In this document: positions 59,638 to 64,000 of the stretch, one piece after another
Position numbering within the stretch: position 1 is the first letter of the stretch
Layout of the letters: each line of letters begins with the position of its first letter
IMG/VR virus record: IMGVR_UViG_3300021431_004509
Span: 53,149 to 117,148 of that record
Source of the DNA: a virus
Lineage: Duplodnaviria > Caudoviricetes
DNA length: 64,000 bases
Reading direction: 5' to 3' (one strand)
The notes under the pieces: generated by a model
Seen by the model: the letters and a program-made list of their open reading frames with translations, nothing else
What the model was told of the DNA's origin: nothing
Databases searched by the model: none
Translations under genes and position numbers: made by a program

Positions 59638-59680
59638 CAAGCGAAAATAAAATATGAATTTTATATACGGAGAACAGACG

Positions 59681-60097
59681 ATGAAAATCAAGGTCATGAA
59701 TCGAACGGAAGCCTGCCGTTACAGTTACAGCCCTCACAGTGAAAAGAGCGCTGTCATTTCAATCGGTGATATCGGGAGCACGTATAAAGAAGCCGTTTAC
59801 CCAAGTCCGTACAATGGTATCTGCGCCGTCCTGCCCATCCGGTTTGACGATGTGGATGGCGGCGAGAACTGCATGGTCGTTGAGGAAGCTGTGATGATTA
59901 TGACCTTTGTGGAACGGCATAAAGACAAGCTCATCATCGTCCACTGTGACGCCGGTGTGTCCAGATCTGCAGGCATTGCCGCGGCGTTGATGAAGTTCTA
60001 CAACGGGGGCGACGCCCCGATCTTCGATAACCCGCGCTACTGCCCAAACATGCTTTGTTATCGCACGATGTTAAACGTCCTGATGGGAAACTACTAA
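59681..60097 (+). CDS. Cys-based (PTP/dual-specificity-like) phosphatase
   Basis: VHCDAGVSRS CX5R motif; C-terminal PN. Confidence 0.85.
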   Translation: MKIKVMNRTEACRYSYSPHSEKSAVISIGDIGSTYKEAVYPSPYNGICAVLPIRFDDVDGGENCMVVEEAVMIMTFVERHKDKLIIVHCDAGVSRSAGIAAALMKFYNGGDAPIFDNPRYCPNMLCYRTMLNVLMGNY

Positions 60098-60110
60098 GGA
60101 GGAGAGAGCT

Positions 60111-61161
60111 ATGACAGAGGCAGCATTTACTGTCAAAAAGGATTCCGATTTCTATCGAAAATACTTCGACGCCATCCATGAAAAAGAACTTTTTACCAAC
60201 CTCGCCTGTGGTTTCTTCGCGGCGCGCAACATCCGCAATGTGCAATACCTGCCCGGCGAAAGACTCATTTGTTCTCTGTCCGATGAACAAAAGGACTGGT
60301 ACTCGAACCAGCTTCTGAAACGCAAGCACCGTACAGGATTCTATATCTTTTCAGAGCGGAGCGCGATGCAGAAGGCATGGACAAAGGATGTCGTTTCGCA
60401 TGTCGATATGGAGAAATACCGGTTTTTGAAATTCTGGTGGCTCCCGTTTATTATGAAAGGGAACTATGCGCTCTGGCATAAAGGCGATACGATCTATGGC
60501 CTGCTTGCGTCTGCGTATGATGACGAGATCAAACTTGACCAAGATATGGTTCCGATCAAAATGAGCAAGTATTATCTTGCGGCAGAAGCCTGAAAGAAAG
60601 GTGAATGAGATAAAGGGTAATAAAACAATTCTCCGACCAAAGGGGAGCGCCGCGCTTGTGCTGTCAAACGATGGAGCCGCGATCAGCGTCGGGCTCCATC
60701 CAAACCAGCATTGGGAAGTCGGCAACGACTCGGGAGACGACTATCTCCTGTACTATAAAAACATCGTCCTTTGTATCAAAAAGGACGAGGCAGACAAGTT
60801 TTTTATTCCGCTCTCCGGGTCGTGAGACACCGGGGTGAAAAGAATGTTAACATGGAAAGTCTATTGTGAGGAATTCAACAAAGGAGAGATCCGGGAGGTC
60901 AACATCTTTGACCACCGCACCTTCTGCGAGTGCTGCAAGCAGCACGCCAAAAAGTTCAAGGATGACAAAGAGGCGTTTGCGGAAGCCGTGCGCAAGGATC
61001 TGATGTATTACTTCTGGAGCAAGTGCGAGTGGGAAATCATTCTCAGTGCATGGCCTCCGAGAAAAAACTTCCGTGAGTCAAAGATCGATGTGTACGACCA
61101 GGTCATGCTGAACTGGAATGTGTTCATCGACTGGCTGTGGGAGCACAAAAAGGAACTGTAA
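60111..61161 (+). other. Three hypothetical ORFs (60111-60593, about 60601-60825, 60835-61161)
   Basis: Co-oriented ORFs with RBS. Confidence 0.65.
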
Positions 61162-61173
61162 GGATGTGATCGA

Positions 61174-62028
61174 TTGAATATCCAGTCTTTGTCTATCGTT
61201 GTTCCCGGCATCAAGAAATGCTGGAATAACTGCCCGTTCTGCGTGTCCAAAATGCACGCGGAGGATTACGGTCAGTCCGTGATCCAGCATAATAAAATCC
61301 CGCTCTCCTATATGAACCGGATGCAGTTCGTACGGGACGAGGGATGCAACGCCATGATCATCACCGGGGACTGTGAGCCGCAGCAGAATCTGCCGTTCAT
61401 TGTCAATCTGCTCAACGCAAACAAGAACCTCCGCACGCCGTTTTACAACATCACCATGCAGACCACCGGCAGCGGTCTTAAATATGACGACCTTCGCAAT
61501 CTACGTCACCTCGGTCTGACGACGCTCTCCCTCTCAATCAGCTCGTTTGATCCTGATATGAACGCACGGATCATCGGCATGCCGGAGAAGGAAGTGCGCA
61601 GTCTCTATGATGTGCAGATCTGGGCAAAGGAGCTCGGCCTTGTCACCCGCGCCTCTGTCAATCTCACCGACGAGTTCAATGATCTGGAGCCGTCCGAGTA
61701 TTTTGAGTGGGCGAACAAGCACGGCTTTGACCAGCTGACCTTCCGCCGCATCTATGCCGACGGTGACAACGAACAGGCAGACTGGATCGCGCATCACCTT
61801 TTTAATGGTGATCGCTATGCGGAGATTGAGGACTACGTCAAGGGCGTCGGCACGCCCATCGCAAGACTTCCGTTCGGCTTCATCAAGTACTCTGTCCACG
61901 GCATCTCCACCGTGATCGACAGCAACTGCATGGCGAAGGATGAAATCGACGATATGAAGTATGCCATTCTCAGGCCGAACGGCCATCTGTACAGCAGGTG
62001 GGACGACACCGGCAGTTTGATTTTCTGA
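61174..62028 (+). CDS. Radical SAM protein
   Basis: CWNNCPFC (CxxxCxxC), ITGDCEP, QTTG. Confidence 0.85.
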   Translation: MNIQSLSIVVPGIKKCWNNCPFCVSKMHAEDYGQSVIQHNKIPLSYMNRMQFVRDEGCNAMIITGDCEPQQNLPFIVNLLNANKNLRTPFYNITMQTTGSGLKYDDLRNLRHLGLTTLSLSISSFDPDMNARIIGMPEKEVRSLYDVQIWAKELGLVTRASVNLTDEFNDLEPSEYFEWANKHGFDQLTFRRIYADGDNEQADWIAHHLFNGDRYAEIEDYVKGVGTPIARLPFGFIKYSVHGISTVIDSNCMAKDEIDDMKYAILRPNGHLYSRWDDTGSLIF

Positions 62029-62248
62029 AAGGGGAGTATCTATGGACGAAGGAATGAATATTCGCTCTTATGAGGAAGCGACTGTGGAGCGCATCAACGA
62101 GCTCCTCGCCGCCATCAAAGACAATTTGAACCAGAAGCCTTTCACCAAGGAGCGTGTCGAGTGCGCGAGGCTCTGGGCTGTCGAACTCTCTTCTCTGATC
62201 GACCTGATCCAGACCGTCATGATCTATAGCTGACTTTAAGGAGCGCCT

Positions 62249-62455
62249 ATGGATCAAACGAAAGTGTACGCAGAAGAGAGGCTCTTGACACCGAAAGATA
62301 TCCAGCGTATATTTTCCATAGGGAAGAACAGAGCGTACGATCTGATGAATTCAAACGGGTTCCCGACCATTCGCGTCGGGACGCGGATGTACGTCAGCCA
62401 ACGTGCGCTCGACCGCTGGGTTGATACTTACACCGGCAAAACATACGCAATGTGA
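62249..62455 (+). CDS. Excisionase-like HTH protein
   Basis: LLTPKDIQRIFSIGKNRAYDLM..GFPTIRVG...V....LDRW; next to attP and integrase. Confidence 0.85.
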   Translation: MDQTKVYAEERLLTPKDIQRIFSIGKNRAYDLMNSNGFPTIRVGTRMYVSQRALDRWVDTYTGKTYAM

Positions 62456-62758
62456 TTCACTACGAATTCACTACGAAACCGATTTTTAACCATAAAAAAT
62501 GAGGCTATAGGCCGTGTTGAGCAACATAGGCCGATTGCCTCCAAAACCGTAGGCCGAGGGTTCGAAGCCTTCTTCCCCTGCCACACTTTCGATAATCTCC
62601 ACCCAAAACTGGGTGGAGATTTTGTTTATCCTGCACAAAAAATATACCTTGCATTGACTTTTTTGCTGCCTTAGTGGATAATAAACTCAAGAGTTTTCCC
62701 TCTTAGTCACTATGAGTCCATAACAGTTCACTACGAAATTCACTACGAATCGCTACGA
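62456..62758 (+). mobile_element. attP site: tRNA-Trp 3'-half core flanked by arm-type repeats
   Basis: 62539-62583 is an anticodon loop CTCCAAA plus T-arm plus CCA with no matching 5' half; TTCACTACGAA at 62456, 62467, 62727 and 62739. Confidence 0.85.
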
Positions 62759-62764
62759 GAAAGG

Positions 62765-64000
62765 GTGATGTGTGTGGCGACTGCGCAGCGGAAAAGGAAT
62801 CACGGAACTGGGTCTGTATACTTCAACGAGAAGGAGAATGTTTGGATTGGAGCATACACGGTTGGCAAAAAGCCAAACGGAAAGCCAGACGTAAAACATG
62901 TGCGAGGAAAGACCGAGGCAGAATGCCATCGGAAATTGAACAAGTTGATAGACGAGTCGAAAAAGAGTGACTATGTTTATGTGCAAAAAGACACTCTCGA
63001 AAACTATTTGGAAAATTGGCTGACAACTGTCAAACGTCTTCAGTTAAAACCAAAAAGTTACGATAGACTTGAACAGACAATAAGAAAAGATGTTGTCCCA
63101 GCCATAGGGCAAATTCAGATAGGCGCTTTAACTACAGCAGATGTCCAGAAGATGATCGCAGACATGCAGGCAAATGATAAGTCACGATCTTCTATAAAGA
63201 AAGCGTATGATGCTGTTAACGCAGCATATAAATGGGGGCTTAAATGCACGCCTCCTGCAGTTCGATCGAATCCGTGCTCCGGAGTTGAGCTTCCTGGTAC
63301 AGATAAATTTGATCCAGTCGAGATTAAATTCTACACGGCAGACGAGGCCAGGAAGATCAGCGAAGTAGCGCTACAGCGATACAAGAAAGGGACCCCGTGG
63401 TATCCGCTCGGTGGACTTGTAGTTGTTGGCCTGAACACAGGTCTTAGAGTTGGAGAACTCGCTGCACTTGAATGGGATAGAGACATCGATATGGAAGCAA
63501 GACTCTTGTACGTCCATAAGAATGTCGTTGTGGTAAAGGATAGATCGAAAGACGCAAAGAGATCCTACACGGAAAAAGAACAAAACTCGACGAAAACCGA
63601 TGCGGGCCAAGACCGCGTCATCCCGTTGAATGATGATGCGATTGCAGCGCTGAATACATTGAAACAAGTCACCGGTAATTCAAAATATGTATTCGCAACA
63701 AAGGACGGAAATAGAAAGTCATTGCGCGATCTGGATAAGATCGTCAGAAGAGTTATCCGTAGAGCAGGGTTCCCTGAAGAAAAAGTATACGGGCCCCATT
63801 CTTTGAGACACACATTTGCGACACTCCTCTTGTCTAATGGGGTTGATGTAAAAGTAGTCAGTGAACTGCTCGGTCATTCAAGTGTTATGATCACGTACAA
63901 TACATACATCCATGTCATTAAGGAGCAAAAAGCGAAAGCGTTGTCTTCGCTGCCAAACTTTATTACTGCATCTTCAAAATCAGAGACGCCAGGCAATTAA
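62765..64000 (+). CDS. int: Phage integrase (tyrosine recombinase)
   Basis: N-terminal arm-binding RNHGTGSVY, TGLRVGEL, HSLRHTFAT, LLGHSS, TYNTYIH. Confidence 0.95.
   Translation: MMCVATAQRKRNHGTGSVYFNEKENVWIGAYTVGKKPNGKPDVKHVRGKTEAECHRKLNKLIDESKKSDYVYVQKDTLENYLENWLTTVKRLQLKPKSYDRLEQTIRKDVVPAIGQIQIGALTTADVQKMIADMQANDKSRSSIKKAYDAVNAAYKWGLKCTPPAVRSNPCSGVELPGTDKFDPVEIKFYTADEARKISEVALQRYKKGTPWYPLGGLVVVGLNTGLRVGELAALEWDRDIDMEARLLYVHKNVVVVKDRSKDAKRSYTEKEQNSTKTDAGQDRVIPLNDDAIAALNTLKQVTGNSKYVFATKDGNRKSLRDLDKIVRRVIRRAGFPEEKVYGPHSLRHTFATLLLSNGVDVKVVSELLGHSSVMITYNTYIHVIKEQKAKALSSLPNFITASSKSETPGN

Noticed and set aside
62505-62583. Complete tRNA-Trp gene
   Set aside because: The 5' half cannot form acceptor, D or anticodon stems; interpreted as the attP core.

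Overview
This window is the early/accessory and replication half of a temperate SPbeta-like phage of a Clostridia-type Firmicute (host inferred from gene content and strong AAGGAGG ribosome binding sites). Left end, minus strand: a YonO-like single-subunit RNA polymerase and an SF2 helicase-like gene. A divergent control region follows, with a sigma-like HTH gene flanked by three copies of a 31-bp motif. The plus-strand accessory region (about 7.6-43 kb) holds many small ORFs, a ubiquitin-like module (Ubl, E2-like, JAB, ThiF/E1), a retron-type reverse transcriptase, 11 tRNAs, RNA repair genes, IscS and an orphan tyrosine recombinase. An MrpR-like repressor precedes the replication and nucleotide block (Erf, SSB, nuclease, DnaB, DnaG, DnaE, PhoH, NrdDG, dUTPase, NCS2 permease). 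The window ends in xis-attP(tRNA-Trp 3' end)-int. Main finding: one retron-type RT appears to serve four dispersed retron-like ncRNAs (18506, 20017, 22734, 34447). They share a covarying terminal inverted repeat, an unpaired G opposite G, and two conserved msr-like hairpins, but their msd-like payloads are unrelated. Other signals: two large structured RNAs, a palindromic gene-junction motif and a family of small proteins sharing a C-terminal tail. All structures were found by eye; no searches or folding programs were run.
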